This document shows, one piece after another, positions 1 to 9,646 of a stretch of DNA of 64,000 bases. The translations under genes were made by a program, and so were the position numbers. The stretch lies in IMG/VR virus record IMGVR_UViG_2568526092_000002, positions 9,536 through 73,535 of that record; one strand, written 5' to 3'. This stretch comes from a virus. Its lineage: Duplodnaviria > Caudoviricetes. Each line of letters opens with the position of its first letter. The stretch's first letter is position 1. Under the pieces are notes generated by a model, which saw only the letters and a program-made list of their open reading frames with translations, made no database searches and had not been told where the DNA came from.

Positions 1-308
1 TCAGATATCAACAGTGGGCTATTTCCCAGAATCATTGCGTTTTCGTTTTTGTCCATCATCAGTTTTACCTTCTTTCGCTTGAGAGTCTTTGTACCTTTAC
101 TTCTTGCCGCCCTTCTCACGATAGAACATGCCACCCTTCCATGCGGGGCTATCCTCACCACGGAGCACAATAGGTACGAGTTTAATGACGTACAGGTGGA
201 TCTACTTTTCGTACTTTTTGTTTCTTCTGTCCGTTCTCGTTCACTTCATCGGTAGTCGTTCTCAACTTGTTTGTTGAGTCCTTCAACCTTGGTCTATCCT
301 TTTGACAA
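1..308 (-). pseudogene. Relic of a basic protein with a GEDSPAWKGG motif (NUMOD/HNH-endonuclease-associated type)
   Basis: Minus strand at 131-159 reads G-E-D-S-P-A-W-K-G-G, resembling the GxxNPxWKGG motif of HNH-associated DNA-binding repeats; the frame is broken by stops on both sides. Confidence 0.3.
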
Positions 309-366
309 TGGAATCACTTCTTAATGTATGGTGTGCAAACTCCTTAATTAAGAGGGACAGTGTAAC

Positions 367-864
367 CTAGATGGAAGGAGCGAACTTAAAAATTTGGCAG
401 ATACAGTCGGGGTCATCGCATCCGTTAGCATTAGTGTTCCGATCAGGAAGGATCTCTTGGTGCTCATAGTACCCTTGAGCTACGACCGTGATGATACGGT
501 CTTCATCGTGCATACGTATGATGGCTGAATCTCCTGCTCCGATGAAGTGGAACTTACCTGCTTCTAGTTCTGCCTGTGCGGCAGAAACCAGACCATCCTG
601 AATCTCTCCGTCGGTAAGTTGTCCGGCATTTCCGAAGTATTCAAAACCCTGCGGGAACAAAGGGACTGCGAAGGCTTCTTCTGACTTAAGCGTTTGTTGA
701 GCTAAAGTGCTTTCTAATTCCTCGACACGTTTCGATAAGTCTTTATTTAACTTGACCGTCTCGTCATAGCGCGCGGCTTTTTGGATGATGGCAAGAAAGT
801 CACCACCGTTCATGCTAGGCACTACAGGGAAACCGAAAGGCTTAAAGGAAATCTGTTTTGTCAT
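367..864 (-). CDS. Hypothetical protein (probable start MTKQ at 864)
   Basis: ORF 367..966; GGAGG RBS precedes the ATG at 864; short coiled-coil and C-terminal CxxxxCxC. Confidence 0.6.
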   Translation of the reverse strand: MTKQISFKPFGFPVVPSMNGGDFLAIIQKAARYDETVKLNKDLSKRVEELESTLAQQTLKSEEAFAVPLFPQGFEYFGNAGQLTDGEIQDGLVSAAQAELEAGKFHFIGAGDSAIIRMHDEDRIITVVAQGYYEHQEILPDRNTNANGCDDPDCICQIFKFAPSI

Positions 865-896
865 TGTTGTTACCTCCGTTGTTTGTTTTACTGTCC

Positions 897-1430
897 CTAT
901 AGTGGTCGCTCCATACCAGTTGTTAGTTGCGATTGATTCTGTAACTTCGTCGTGCTCCGTTCCCATGACAACATTTTCGTACTATGTTCGGTCAAAAGTA
1001 AAGCTAGTTTAGTGTTGCGGCTAAAGCATTCGACTTCGCCGTTAGTAATACGTGTGAAGCTGGCATTCGGACCCTCGGCTGCAGCTTTGTTCTTGTAAGA
1101 ATCTCTCATTTCACCAAAGTATTTATCATTATATACTTTGTCACTTTCCCGTAGCTCAATATATTCGTCGCTCCTTAGCACTAAGCATGTCCACATCCGT
1201 CTTAGCAGAAACCCGCCCGTCTACTTCTACTAGAGTAGCTTCTGCCAATCAGGTGTTTCTCCCTTGTCTATCGATGACATGTCCATCACAAACCAGACCT
1301 CCCAGATAGTTAACGAACAACTACTAGAAGGCCTGAATATTAGCTATTATAGGCTTGGAACGTAGGTCATCAACGTGAGTAGCCGCAGAAAAGAGTAAGT
1401 CTCGATAGAAATTCGTGCGGGGGTAAAACT
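897..1430 (-). pseudogene. Probable decayed gene of unknown function
   Basis: Protein-like segments (YLGGLVCDGHVIDRQGRNT*LAEATLVEVDG..., EYIELRESDKVYNDKYFGEMRDSYKNK) lie in different frames, interrupted by stops. Confidence 0.3.
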
Positions 1431-1490
1431 CAGCAAAGAAGTACATCAAAGAACCTTAGTGGGCAGGATTAGAACCTATCCAGGCTACTA

Positions 1491-1832
1491 TTAAATAGTT
1501 GTGTTATTGGTAGGCTCTGTTGCCTCCTCTTTCACTTCTTCCGCTTTTAATGTCCAGTATGCCACCTTTGTAAAGTGAACCCCTGATACCTCACCCAAGA
1601 TGTTTTCTACGGCGAATACTTCACCTTCCTTTTGATACTTACGGAATATTTTCTTGTATTCATCCTGTACGTCTTTAGCCGCCTTGAGGATTATTTCCAC
1701 AGGCTTGTCTACGCCATCCTCGATAATCTTACCTTTAAGCTTAGGGTCAATCTCGAACCAATCGACCCTCTTAACTTCACCATTGTCAAGGAAAAAATCA
1801 GCTGTTATCTGAACCCTCATTCTTAAAGTCAC
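1491..1832 (-). CDS. Hypothetical phage protein
   Basis: 113-aa charged ORF overlapping the upstream gene; plausible composition. Confidence 0.65.
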   Translation of the reverse strand: MTLRMRVQITADFFLDNGEVKRVDWFEIDPKLKGKIIEDGVDKPVEIILKAAKDVQDEYKKIFRKYQKEGEVFAVENILGEVSGVHFTKVAYWTLKAEEVKEEATEPTNNTTI

Positions 1833-2154
1833 CCTCTTCGTCTATATACTGGTAGTCTTTAAAGTCTTTAATGTGAATCTCAATGCCCTCCATCCATTCA
1901 CCTTGCTCGTTAAGCATCTGTTCGATCTCCATGAGTTTCTGAAGGTTGTACTTGCTAACCGGAGGAACGATAGATTCCTCGCCCTCGTCGTACCGAACCC
2001 ACCACCTGCGGACAGTCTCGATAGTAAATGTCTGATTGATGAAGTTTCCGCAGTGACTGCACCACAGCACCAACGCCTTATCACATTCCATCTCTTCAGG
2101 TGTAAAAGAAGAACGTGCCCCACAGTGGGGGCACTTGTTTAAGAATCCTATCAT
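1798..2154 (-). CDS. Zinc-ribbon hypothetical protein
   Basis: CPHC...CSHC pair near the N-terminus; GAGGTG RBS upstream. Confidence 0.7.
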   Translation of the reverse strand: MIGFLNKCPHCGARSSFTPEEMECDKALVLWCSHCGNFINQTFTIETVRRWWVRYDEGEESIVPPVSKYNLQKLMEIEQMLNEQGEWMEGIEIHIKDFKDYQYIDEEGDFKNEGSDNS

Positions 2155-2242
2155 TTATGTCACCTCTCTATAATGGTCAGCGTATGATTAGCGGGAGTTA
2201 CAAAGTCCTTTCTTCAGGTCTTCAAAACTAGTTTTAAACCTT

Positions 2243-2554
2243 TTACTTATTTGCGCTCTTGTCTGCTAAGCTGTGGGAAGGTTTAATGAAGGAAGCAAGC
2301 AATGCAATACCTGCAAAGATTTGCGGTAAAGCGGAAGCGGGAATTGTTGTGTGGAAAATAGCACTCAGCGTACCAGCCACGAATGAACCCGCAATGAGTT
2401 TTAACCCGAAGCCGATAACCCAACCTACCAAGAGAGCAAACAAAGTTTTAAGTAGAATAATACTAATAATAATTGCTAACGCTCCTGCAACTCCGACTGC
2501 TCCTGCCGCACCAATACCCAAACCTGCCAATAACGCTCCGACTACTTTTTTCAT
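2243..2554 (-). CDS. Small membrane protein
   Basis: About three hydrophobic Gly/Ala-rich helices; ATGA overlap with the upstream gene. Confidence 0.7.
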   Translation of the reverse strand: MKKVVGALLAGLGIGAAGAVGVAGALAIIISIILLKTLFALLVGWVIGFGLKLIAGSFVAGTLSAIFHTTIPASALPQIFAGIALLASFIKPSHSLADKSANK

Positions 2555-2769
2555 TGTCGAATCTCTCCCTTAAAGTATTTGAAGTAGTCATGCTCATCAC
2601 TTAATGGCTCGTACTTGATTCCGTTATCGGCGGGATATGGCTCAGTGTGAATTACTTTTAATTCCTGAATCTCTTTAGGTATTCCATTAGGGTAAGCCGC
2701 ACAGGTCATGTTCTCCCGTTCGTCCCTATTAAAGTGCTTGCAGAATATGCAAGGAATTGTAATATCCAT
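2551..2769 (-). CDS. Small Cys/His protein of the type seen downstream of MuF-type toxin domains (candidate immunity/partner)
   Basis: Probable start MDITIP at 2769 (GGAGAGGGG RBS); motif CxxCxH...CxAYPxGIPxEI...HxxPxxxDNGIxYE. Confidence 0.6.
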   Translation of the reverse strand: MDITIPCIFCKHFNRDERENMTCAAYPNGIPKEIQELKVIHTEPYPADNGIKYEPLSDEHDYFKYFKGEIRQ

Positions 2770-2966
2770 TATAAAAATCCCCTCTCCATTGCTGCCAATT
2801 CCATCTCTTTCGTATACGTGACTGATTGAGTTTCTTCTATATAAAGGAGCTTCACTCAGGACAGGCAAGGCAACGTAAGACGCTTTTAGGAAGTTTGCTC
2901 CCTCTTACAGAGATATAGTGCTCGTTATTAAAGAGATGATTTTATGAAACACATGTTGGCACATTG

Positions 2967-4085
2967 TTACCACCCCTCACATTTGAATCCACCGTACTGC
3001 TCGTACCACTCCCATATCTTCGCATCAATAGGCACTCCGGTTATCTTGGCGGTGAATGTTTCAGGCATCATTTCAATAGGAAACCACTTGGTCGCATAAT
3101 TACAAAGGTGGTTCGCAATATACGTCGATTCCGCATTGGTGAGGATTGTCTTCGCTCCGTAGTTGTCAGGGTCAAGGGCAGAGTACGTATAGAACTGTTG
3201 TGCTCCAATGTTGTGATAATGAAGCCAGTGCCCAATCTCATGAATGACCGTCCTCAGTTTATTAGGAGAAGACTTCTGTCCAGTATCGTATTCCATCTGA
3301 GCGATGACATCCGCGTTGGCGTAGTCATACGTCTTACTTACAACAACCTTTCCAGAGGAAGGGTCAAAGTATCCATTCGCACCATTACCGTTCTCAATCT
3401 TAATTGTTAGCTTATGCTTCTGAATCATATCAGCGAAGCCGCCGCAGGTATTCAGGAGTAACGCCAATGCTTCGGTCACATAGTTAGCGGCATCAATCTT
3501 CTTAGCGAAGTTTACTGACACTCCTAAGTTACTTGCCCACTTCTCAGCTTCAACAACGGAAGTAAACGGTTGCCACGTAACAGGAAGCTGTATGCCACTT
3601 TCCGGTGCGTCCGGTGGTTGTTGGTCTTCGGCTGGCTCTTCGGGCGGGTCAGGGTAGTTACCTAAGTCAGTTGTTCCGGTGAGTACAAGGTTAACGTCAG
3701 GCTCAGTAAGGAAGTGGAACATCAACTCAAGGTTCTTTCCGTCTCCGTGTGGTGTGTGGTACTCGAACAGGAACTCTTTACCTGCCACCACTGGATGCGC
3801 TACCTGTAAGTACAAGCCTTCCTCGTAGTTCTTGCAATGAATGTTCTTGGCGAGTACCTTTCCGTCCACAGTTAAATTCCAGTAGTCTTCGACGGTATTC
3901 ATGTTCGTTCTGATGGATACCGCATAGAACTCAAGGTCATGGGACATTGTAAAGGTATCTTTGATCATCCTATCCCCGTTCGCCTTAGCAGGAACCGTGA
4001 TTGCCCTGCCCACAAAATGAGGGTGAGGTTTGGTAGGGTAGTAGGGTGGGTCTAGTCGCCCACCGACAGCATAACGATCGAACAC
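2967..4085 (-). CDS. Fusion protein: tail-module paralog domain + Pro/Glu linker + HExxH zinc metallopeptidase
   Basis: N-terminal ~125 aa share GGRLDPP[YF]xPTK, DYWNLxV, KNI[HY]xK and EG[LM]YL with ORF 47303..47689; C-terminal HEIGH zincin motif; GAGGAGG RBS. Confidence 0.8.
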   Translation of the reverse strand: MFDRYAVGGRLDPPYYPTKPHPHFVGRAITVPAKANGDRMIKDTFTMSHDLEFYAVSIRTNMNTVEDYWNLTVDGKVLAKNIHCKNYEEGLYLQVAHPVVAGKEFLFEYHTPHGDGKNLELMFHFLTEPDVNLVLTGTTDLGNYPDPPEEPAEDQQPPDAPESGIQLPVTWQPFTSVVEAEKWASNLGVSVNFAKKIDAANYVTEALALLLNTCGGFADMIQKHKLTIKIENGNGANGYFDPSSGKVVVSKTYDYANADVIAQMEYDTGQKSSPNKLRTVIHEIGHWLHYHNIGAQQFYTYSALDPDNYGAKTILTNAESTYIANHLCNYATKWFPIEMMPETFTAKITGVPIDAKIWEWYEQYGGFKCEGW

Positions 4086-4640
4086 TACTGACCCTCCTCA
4101 GTCTTGGAATCCATTATCTCTGTAATCACCCTAAGACGGAACCCACAGGTTGCTTTGAGGTCCTGGAACTCTTCCATAAATTTATCCTTGTGATGTTTTA
4201 CAAGTGCCAAGCGCGTAAAAGCATCCTTGTTTTCACGGTATCTGGCCTTCTTTCCAGCAAGATGCTTACCCCTGTGTTCGTGGTATTGCTTAATCCCCCT
4301 TATTCTCTGGTCACAACAAGTGAATAGATGATTACTGCTACATATTTTTTGGAAGGTCTTACCGCTTTTCTTGCAAACAAAATCCTGTTTTACTCTGGGT
4401 TTGTAAGGCGCAACGAAGGTCATACCCCCTATTTTTTTAAAGTCAGTTGTCAAGTTAGACCAATTAATAGTTGAAATTTTGGGTATCACTTTATCTACTC
4501 CCATCTGTCGGAGAAGTTTGTATAGCCAAGTACGGAGGGTGAAGATACCTTCTCTTTCCTATGGCTGGCTTTGTTCTCATATCTTTACGAATTCCTATGT
4601 AATCTCTGAGCATTCTCCAACCTTGACCAAGTTTCCTTAA
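4085..4640 (-). pseudogene. Probable pseudogene; 139-aa 3' remnant still open
   Basis: The same frame continues upstream of 4504 with protein-like sequence broken by TAA, TAG, TGA and TAG stops. Confidence 0.4.
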
Positions 4641-4667
4641 CCATAATACTTACTGAAGATGATGGAA

Positions 4668-4850
4668 CTAATCGTCTTCACTGACGCCCTTCTTCAGAAA
4701 AACACCGCCAACAGAGACGTATCTTAAACCAGCGTATTTTTCCTCAGCTACATCGTTCGAGTCATCCCAAAGGGCATTCATCTTGTTTGCGTCCTTGATG
4801 GTGTTACCGCCCATGGTAAGCAGAATCTCTTGCAATGGCTCAGCACTCAT
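4668..4850 (-). CDS. Small hypothetical protein
   Basis: 60-aa ORF with GAGG RBS, in tandem with neighbours. Confidence 0.5.
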   Translation of the reverse strand: MSAEPLQEILLTMGGNTIKDANKMNALWDDSNDVAEEKYAGLRYVSVGGVFLKKGVSEDD

Positions 4851-4860
4851 GTGTTTCCTC

Positions 4861-5064
4861 CTAGTGTAAAATAGTTGGTTCGCCGTTCATCTGCTCAACT
4901 TGATTCATGACTTGCATCATCTCTTGAGCGAAGGTGATAATCATTGCTGCGGCTATATCAGAATCGACTTCCTCTTGCCGACCGCCATTCTTAGCGATGT
5001 TCTTTGCCGTGTGAGCAACCTTACCTGCGATGATTTCTGCGTATTGTTCTGTTGTCATCTTCAA
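4861..5064 (-). CDS. Small hypothetical protein
   Basis: 67-aa helical ORF with AAAGGGG RBS. Confidence 0.55.
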   Translation of the reverse strand: MKMTTEQYAEIIAGKVAHTAKNIAKNGGRQEEVDSDIAAAMIITFAQEMMQVMNQVEQMNGEPTILH

Positions 5065-5284
5065 AGCTTGTCGCCCCTTTCTCTATAGTGGTCGCTACAT
5101 AGTCTCGGATAGTTGCAAAATCAAATTTTCAAGGAAAGGAGTGCGAAAGCAGAAACGCCCATCTTCTTGCTCAGACCTAACTGCCCTTCATAATCAACTC
5201 AAGAGTGGATGGAAAATCCAAAGGACGAATACTCGACCGCTCCGTAGTGACGGTCTTCCTTGTTCCGTTCAATGTCTCCGGTTC

Positions 5285-5668
5285 TCATACGCTGAATGTC
5301 CCCGCTTTACGTCCAACCTGAAGCTTGTTAGATTGCAGGATGTAAAGGAGTTGAGCAGTTGTCACAGAACCACCGAACTTACTTTCAATCTCACGAGTCA
5401 GAACATCTTGAGCACGTTCAGGTCTCGGCAGGATTGCGGCAGGTTCTTCGACCAAAGTGTAGCTGTGAATACCGTCACCCAAGTTGTCAACACGAATCTT
5501 GTAGCCTTGCTTGTACAGTTCTTGGAGACGTGCCGCCCAACGCTGGCTGATTTCGTACATTTCGTAGTTAGCCAATCCTTTAGAACCTGCGTTACGCAGT
5601 GCGTTCAGCACCATCGCTCGTTGAGAAGTACGCTTCTGCGTATTAGGGTTGAATTTTATTGTTGTCAT
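5285..5668 (-). CDS. Winged helix-turn-helix DNA-binding protein
   Basis: SQRAMVLNALRNAGSKGL...ARLQELYKQGYKI pattern typical of phage wHTH (HTH_39-like); probable start MTTIK at 5668. Confidence 0.65.
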   Translation of the reverse strand: MTTIKFNPNTQKRTSQRAMVLNALRNAGSKGLANYEMYEISQRWAARLQELYKQGYKIRVDNLGDGIHSYTLVEEPAAILPRPERAQDVLTREIESKFGGSVTTAQLLYILQSNKLQVGRKAGTFSV

Positions 5669-5751
5669 GTGTCCCTGGCTCCGTTTCGATTGTTTGTTTT
5701 GCCTTACACTCACAGTAGTCAAGCCATCGACGTAAAAAGGTGCGATAAAAT

Positions 5752-5776
5752 AAAAAGACCCCCGAAAGGATCTTTT
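5752..5776 (-). terminator. Rho-independent terminator
   Basis: Minus strand AAGATCC-TTTCG-GGGGTCTT followed by a T-run, just after ORF 5775..6212. Confidence 0.75.
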
Positions 5777-6212
5777 AGGTCTTCTTGGCTTGGACTCTTG
5801 AGGTTAAGTTAACCATCGCCAGAGTAGGTACAGAAGCCGAAACGGGCGGCTGGACTTGGTATGGCTTGTCTCCTATAAAGGCAGTAGCGCCATTACCGGA
5901 CACCGCTATTGTTACGTTTGCCTCCTTATCTACTGCCTCAATGACAAGCACCGTTCTTGGGTTATCGTCGTGGATACCGCCCACCTTGGCGTAAACAGGG
6001 CATCCTGCCGCTGTTAATCTACTTGCGATATGCTGAACCAGTTCGGAGGTTACATGCGTATGGCTGGTCTTATACTCCCCTGCGTTTAATGTGATGGGGT
6101 AATCCGTTCCGTTGACAGTAACGACGATGTTGTCATTAGCTCCAGTTTTAATCTCTGTTTCTTGGGCAAGAGAAACGTTTCCCCACACCCTAATCCCTGA
6201 AGCTGTTGCCAT
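5775..6212 (-). CDS. Beta-rich hypothetical protein, possibly virion-associated
   Basis: 145 aa, AAAGGAG RBS; flanked by its own copy of the late-type promoter motif and a terminator. Confidence 0.7.
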   Translation of the reverse strand: MATASGIRVWGNVSLAQETEIKTGANDNIVVTVNGTDYPITLNAGEYKTSHTHVTSELVQHIASRLTAAGCPVYAKVGGIHDDNPRTVLVIEAVDKEANVTIAVSGNGATAFIGDKPYQVQPPVSASVPTLAMVNLTSRVQAKKT

Positions 6213-6241
6213 GTTATCACTCCTTTCAGACTAGTTATCTT

Positions 6242-6271
6242 CAATATAAGGTACTTACTTTAGTTAGTAAC
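6242..6271 (-). promoter_or_regulatory. Candidate phage-sigma promoter GTTA-N17-CTTATATTG
   Basis: Read directly; one of 8 copies with identical 17-nt spacing. Confidence 0.6.
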
Positions 6272-6291
6272 AAATAACAAAGAAGCCGTTA

Positions 6292-8877
6292 TTATGCGGC
6301 CTCCTCTTCTTCCTCTTCGTCAGCCTTCTCAGCAAACATACCGACTTCATACTCGATACCGAACTTGGAAAGCTTCTTCTTAACCTCTTCCTCGAAGATA
6401 TCTCTCCAATCCAAAGCACCTTCGTTCATAAGACGGATTTGCTCTTGCGAGAAGTTGCCGCCCCAATAAGGAGATACCTCAATATCCGATTTGAATTGGA
6501 CTCCTGCATCGTTAGGGATAACATTAGCCATCGTATCTGTAATCGCCTTTAGTACGGCTAGATCAACGGTCTCAGGGGCGTCGAAAATCAACTCGTCGTG
6601 TACCTGAAGGACAAGGTGGATATCATCCTTCTCAAGTTGAGAAACATAGCCGTTAATTACCCACTCACGACGGTTTAAGCACGTAGTTCCGTCTGGTCGT
6701 TTAGGGTAGAACAGTTCCACCATCGCCTTCTTGGATTGGTCAGCGCTTGAGCCCTGGATTTTGGCATTACAACTCTGCCGCTTGCACTTTTCAATTTTCC
6801 AGTGCCAACCAGAACGCTTCCACAGATCCTCCTGTTTAGCTTCAGCAATGGTCTCACCGAATCTGCGTTTGCGTCCAAGAACAGTCTCAATGTAGCCCTT
6901 CTCCATAACCTCTTTGTGGGTTGTTCCTTCCCACCTAAGGTAGTTAGGCATGGAGGACTTAAAGCCGTCAATCAGTTCCTTTGCTTCCTCTTTACTGGAT
7001 TCAATTTGGTCACTTAAGCCCAAGTCCGTAATACCGTAAATTACACCGAATACTACGGACTTGGTTTTCTTACGAAGTAACTCAAAAAATGTGGAAAGGC
7101 GTTCAATGGTCGGACGGACAATCTCCGTAGTAGAAGAGTTAGTGCCCTGTTCTTTACTGTTCATATAAGTTATTGCATAGATAAGTTCATGAGAACCTGC
7201 ATATTTCGTAATCGCTTCATCTACGTTAATGCTGGTCTCTTCTTCTGAATCCCCCTTGTAACCCCGAATCGTCTCGAACATATCATAGTCGAAGCTGTGA
7301 ATCTGGCATGTTACCCGACTGTGCATATCAAGCCCTAGCTTGAAGATATCAATGAGGGTTTGTTCCTGAGTAAAGATAGCCAACCAGCGCAATTCCTGTT
7401 GCGAGAAGTCTCCGCTGACCAGTAGTCTCCCACTAGGGGCACGGAAGGCATAGCGAATCAGGTCAAATTTAGATGGAATTTGCTGAAGGTTTGGTGCTGA
7501 ACAGGAAACACGTCCAGTCCTTACCAGTTGGTTGTAGGAACAGTGGATGATTCCTTCTACCGTATCGTCAGGAAGCTTATTACAGAAGGCATCAATTAGC
7601 TTCGACAGCCCACGGTATTCTAGAATATAGTCGATAATTTTGTGAGTCTTATCACCAAGGGTCACGGTTACCTTCTTATTCCTTGTAAGTACCTTCTTAC
7701 TTGTAGACAGCTTAGGTACTTTACGCTTTAGGTCTTTGTCGTAAACCATTTCAGTCTCAAGAATCTTATGCTCTACATATAGTTTGCTGGCTAGTTGTGC
7801 GGGAGAGCCTAGGTTAAACTCTTCCACTACTTCGTACTCTTCCTTAAACTTAATCCCTTGTCGCTGTCGGGTTCGTGACTTAATAAGAGTAATCGTTCCG
7901 CCTAAGACGGCGAAAATATCAGCCTTAAGTTCGTCCAATTTCTCTTGTAGAACTTTACCAATAATATCTTTCAGAAACTTGGAGTCTAGCTCTACTCCCC
8001 GTCGTTCTGCTGTAGCAAAAACAGCCAGCAATGGCATCTCAACTTCTCGGAAAAGACGGTAAACTCCGTCAAGTCCAAAAGATGGATTTTCCACAATGCT
8101 TTTTTGATATCTGAACACCCAATGAGTCATGAATACGTCATGGCAAGCATAGTAGTTAGCAAGCCTGTGAGGTATACTATCAAATGGAATCTTGTCGAAC
8201 ATGTTACCGAACTTAAAAGTTGGGCGGCTAAGTTCATCATGGCTCAATTTACCTTGCTCGATTAGCCAAGGAAGAGCGTAAGAGTTGTACCATTCCTTCA
8301 GACCTTTTGGTTTATTTTCGTTTAATAAACCGCCCATAATCATCGTGTCCCAATAGATATTAAACGTAATGTCAATATCTGCCCAATTCTTGAGTGCGTG
8401 AATGTCAAACTTTGCGTTTGCCATGACAATCATTTCCTCTTCTTCTAACAACGGTTTAAGAGCGGTTGATACCGTATCAAAAGACAAACATTCAACATTT
8501 ATCGACATTTCATGTAAAAAAGGGCGCATGGGTATATTAAAATACTCTTCTGATTCAAAACCTATGGAAATTGAGATTAAAGTGTCCCGCCAGTTGTTTA
8601 GTCCATAAGTCTCAGTGTCGAGATAGACATAGGCATCGCCTTGATACATCGTTTTATATGCTTTGTAGTAGTTGACTAATCGCTGAAGTAACTCAGGAGT
8701 ATTGATGAGCGTGTAATTGTCAGGCATGACGATCGATGCTTCTACGTCTAAGATTTTCTGTTCTTTCTTAGTGAGTTTCTTCGCCTTTTTAACTATTTCT
8801 GTATTCCTAGTGCGTGTGGTTCGGGCAGACTTCTTTTCGCCCTTAGTTAAAATGTTGATGACTTCGTTATCTGACAT
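6292..8877 (-). CDS. polA: Family A DNA polymerase (3'-5' exonuclease + polymerase)
   Basis: Exo I YLDTET; motif A GDFSQQELR; motif B RKKTKSVVFGVIYG; motif C LQVHDELIF all intact. Confidence 0.97.
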   Translation of the reverse strand: MSDNEVINILTKGEKKSARTTRTRNTEIVKKAKKLTKKEQKILDVEASIVMPDNYTLINTPELLQRLVNYYKAYKTMYQGDAYVYLDTETYGLNNWRDTLISISIGFESEEYFNIPMRPFLHEMSINVECLSFDTVSTALKPLLEEEEMIVMANAKFDIHALKNWADIDITFNIYWDTMIMGGLLNENKPKGLKEWYNSYALPWLIEQGKLSHDELSRPTFKFGNMFDKIPFDSIPHRLANYYACHDVFMTHWVFRYQKSIVENPSFGLDGVYRLFREVEMPLLAVFATAERRGVELDSKFLKDIIGKVLQEKLDELKADIFAVLGGTITLIKSRTRQRQGIKFKEEYEVVEEFNLGSPAQLASKLYVEHKILETEMVYDKDLKRKVPKLSTSKKVLTRNKKVTVTLGDKTHKIIDYILEYRGLSKLIDAFCNKLPDDTVEGIIHCSYNQLVRTGRVSCSAPNLQQIPSKFDLIRYAFRAPSGRLLVSGDFSQQELRWLAIFTQEQTLIDIFKLGLDMHSRVTCQIHSFDYDMFETIRGYKGDSEEETSINVDEAITKYAGSHELIYAITYMNSKEQGTNSSTTEIVRPTIERLSTFFELLRKKTKSVVFGVIYGITDLGLSDQIESSKEEAKELIDGFKSSMPNYLRWEGTTHKEVMEKGYIETVLGRKRRFGETIAEAKQEDLWKRSGWHWKIEKCKRQSCNAKIQGSSADQSKKAMVELFYPKRPDGTTCLNRREWVINGYVSQLEKDDIHLVLQVHDELIFDAPETVDLAVLKAITDTMANVIPNDAGVQFKSDIEVSPYWGGNFSQEQIRLMNEGALDWRDIFEEEVKKKLSKFGIEYEVGMFAEKADEEEEEEAA

Positions 8878-8989
8878 ACTGGCCCTCCCTATCGATATGA
8901 AAATAACGTTGTAATGAATATTATTGACTGTCGTGTTTAAATAGGGTATTTAATAACGAGGGCCATCTCAGCCCCTCACTCATTACAGA

Positions 8990-9646
8990 TTAGAATGGAA
9001 GTTTGCGTTGTGTTGCAGGTACTCCTTGTTGCTCATAGGCTGGCTGAACACCTTGTGGTGCATGATTATAAACGTTAGATTGAGTCTGGGCACCTGCTAC
9101 TAACGCTTGCATGAAATCTGCAATATCGTCTGGGCTATGTGGTGTAACTTGCGGTGTAATATCAGGCATCTGGTCGATTAATTCTTGCGTCGGGAAGTCC
9201 AGAACAGGTTTTCCAGCTTCAGGGTTTGTCACATAGCGGCGGGCACTATAGGCAGTGTCGGAAGCACCTCTACCAGTGCGGTAAAGGGTTACGAAGTTCT
9301 TAGTAGGGTCGCACTCGTCAAGATTGAATTCTTGGTTCAACTTTTGAACATGAGACTTAGCCAAAGAGACGAATTTGACTCTCTTCTCTATAGGGTCATA
9401 CACACGGAACTTAATCCGCAATGCAGGATATTTAAAAGGGTTTGCTTTGCAAAGTGGGCAAATGTCTTTGCCGGGGCAACGAATGTATTTAGGTGTCAGA
9501 CCGGATTCATAGTGCTCACGGATACCGAACAGGTCTTCAAACCAGTCAATGAAGAGCATAGTCATTGGCTTTCCTTCTTCAAAAGTAATGAATTCTGCAC
9601 CGCCAGAGAGAATTGCTCCAAGACCACGAACGACTGTGTTAGACAT
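8990..9646 (-). CDS. Putative single-stranded DNA-binding protein (phage gp32-like)
   Basis: EHY...CPGKDICPLC zinc-like motif, RxGxGxxDTxY segment and a low-complexity tail ending LPF; sits in the replisome cluster. Confidence 0.65.
   Translation of the reverse strand: MSNTVVRGLGAILSGGAEFITFEEGKPMTMLFIDWFEDLFGIREHYESGLTPKYIRCPGKDICPLCKANPFKYPALRIKFRVYDPIEKRVKFVSLAKSHVQKLNQEFNLDECDPTKNFVTLYRTGRGASDTAYSARRYVTNPEAGKPVLDFPTQELIDQMPDITPQVTPHSPDDIADFMQALVAGAQTQSNVYNHAPQGVQPAYEQQGVPATQRKLPF

Noticed and set aside
1-5285. Stop-codon reassignment as the explanation for interrupted frames
   Set aside because: The interruptions mix TAA, TAG and TGA with frameshifts, and all long genes are open under the standard bacterial code, so pseudogenisation fits better.
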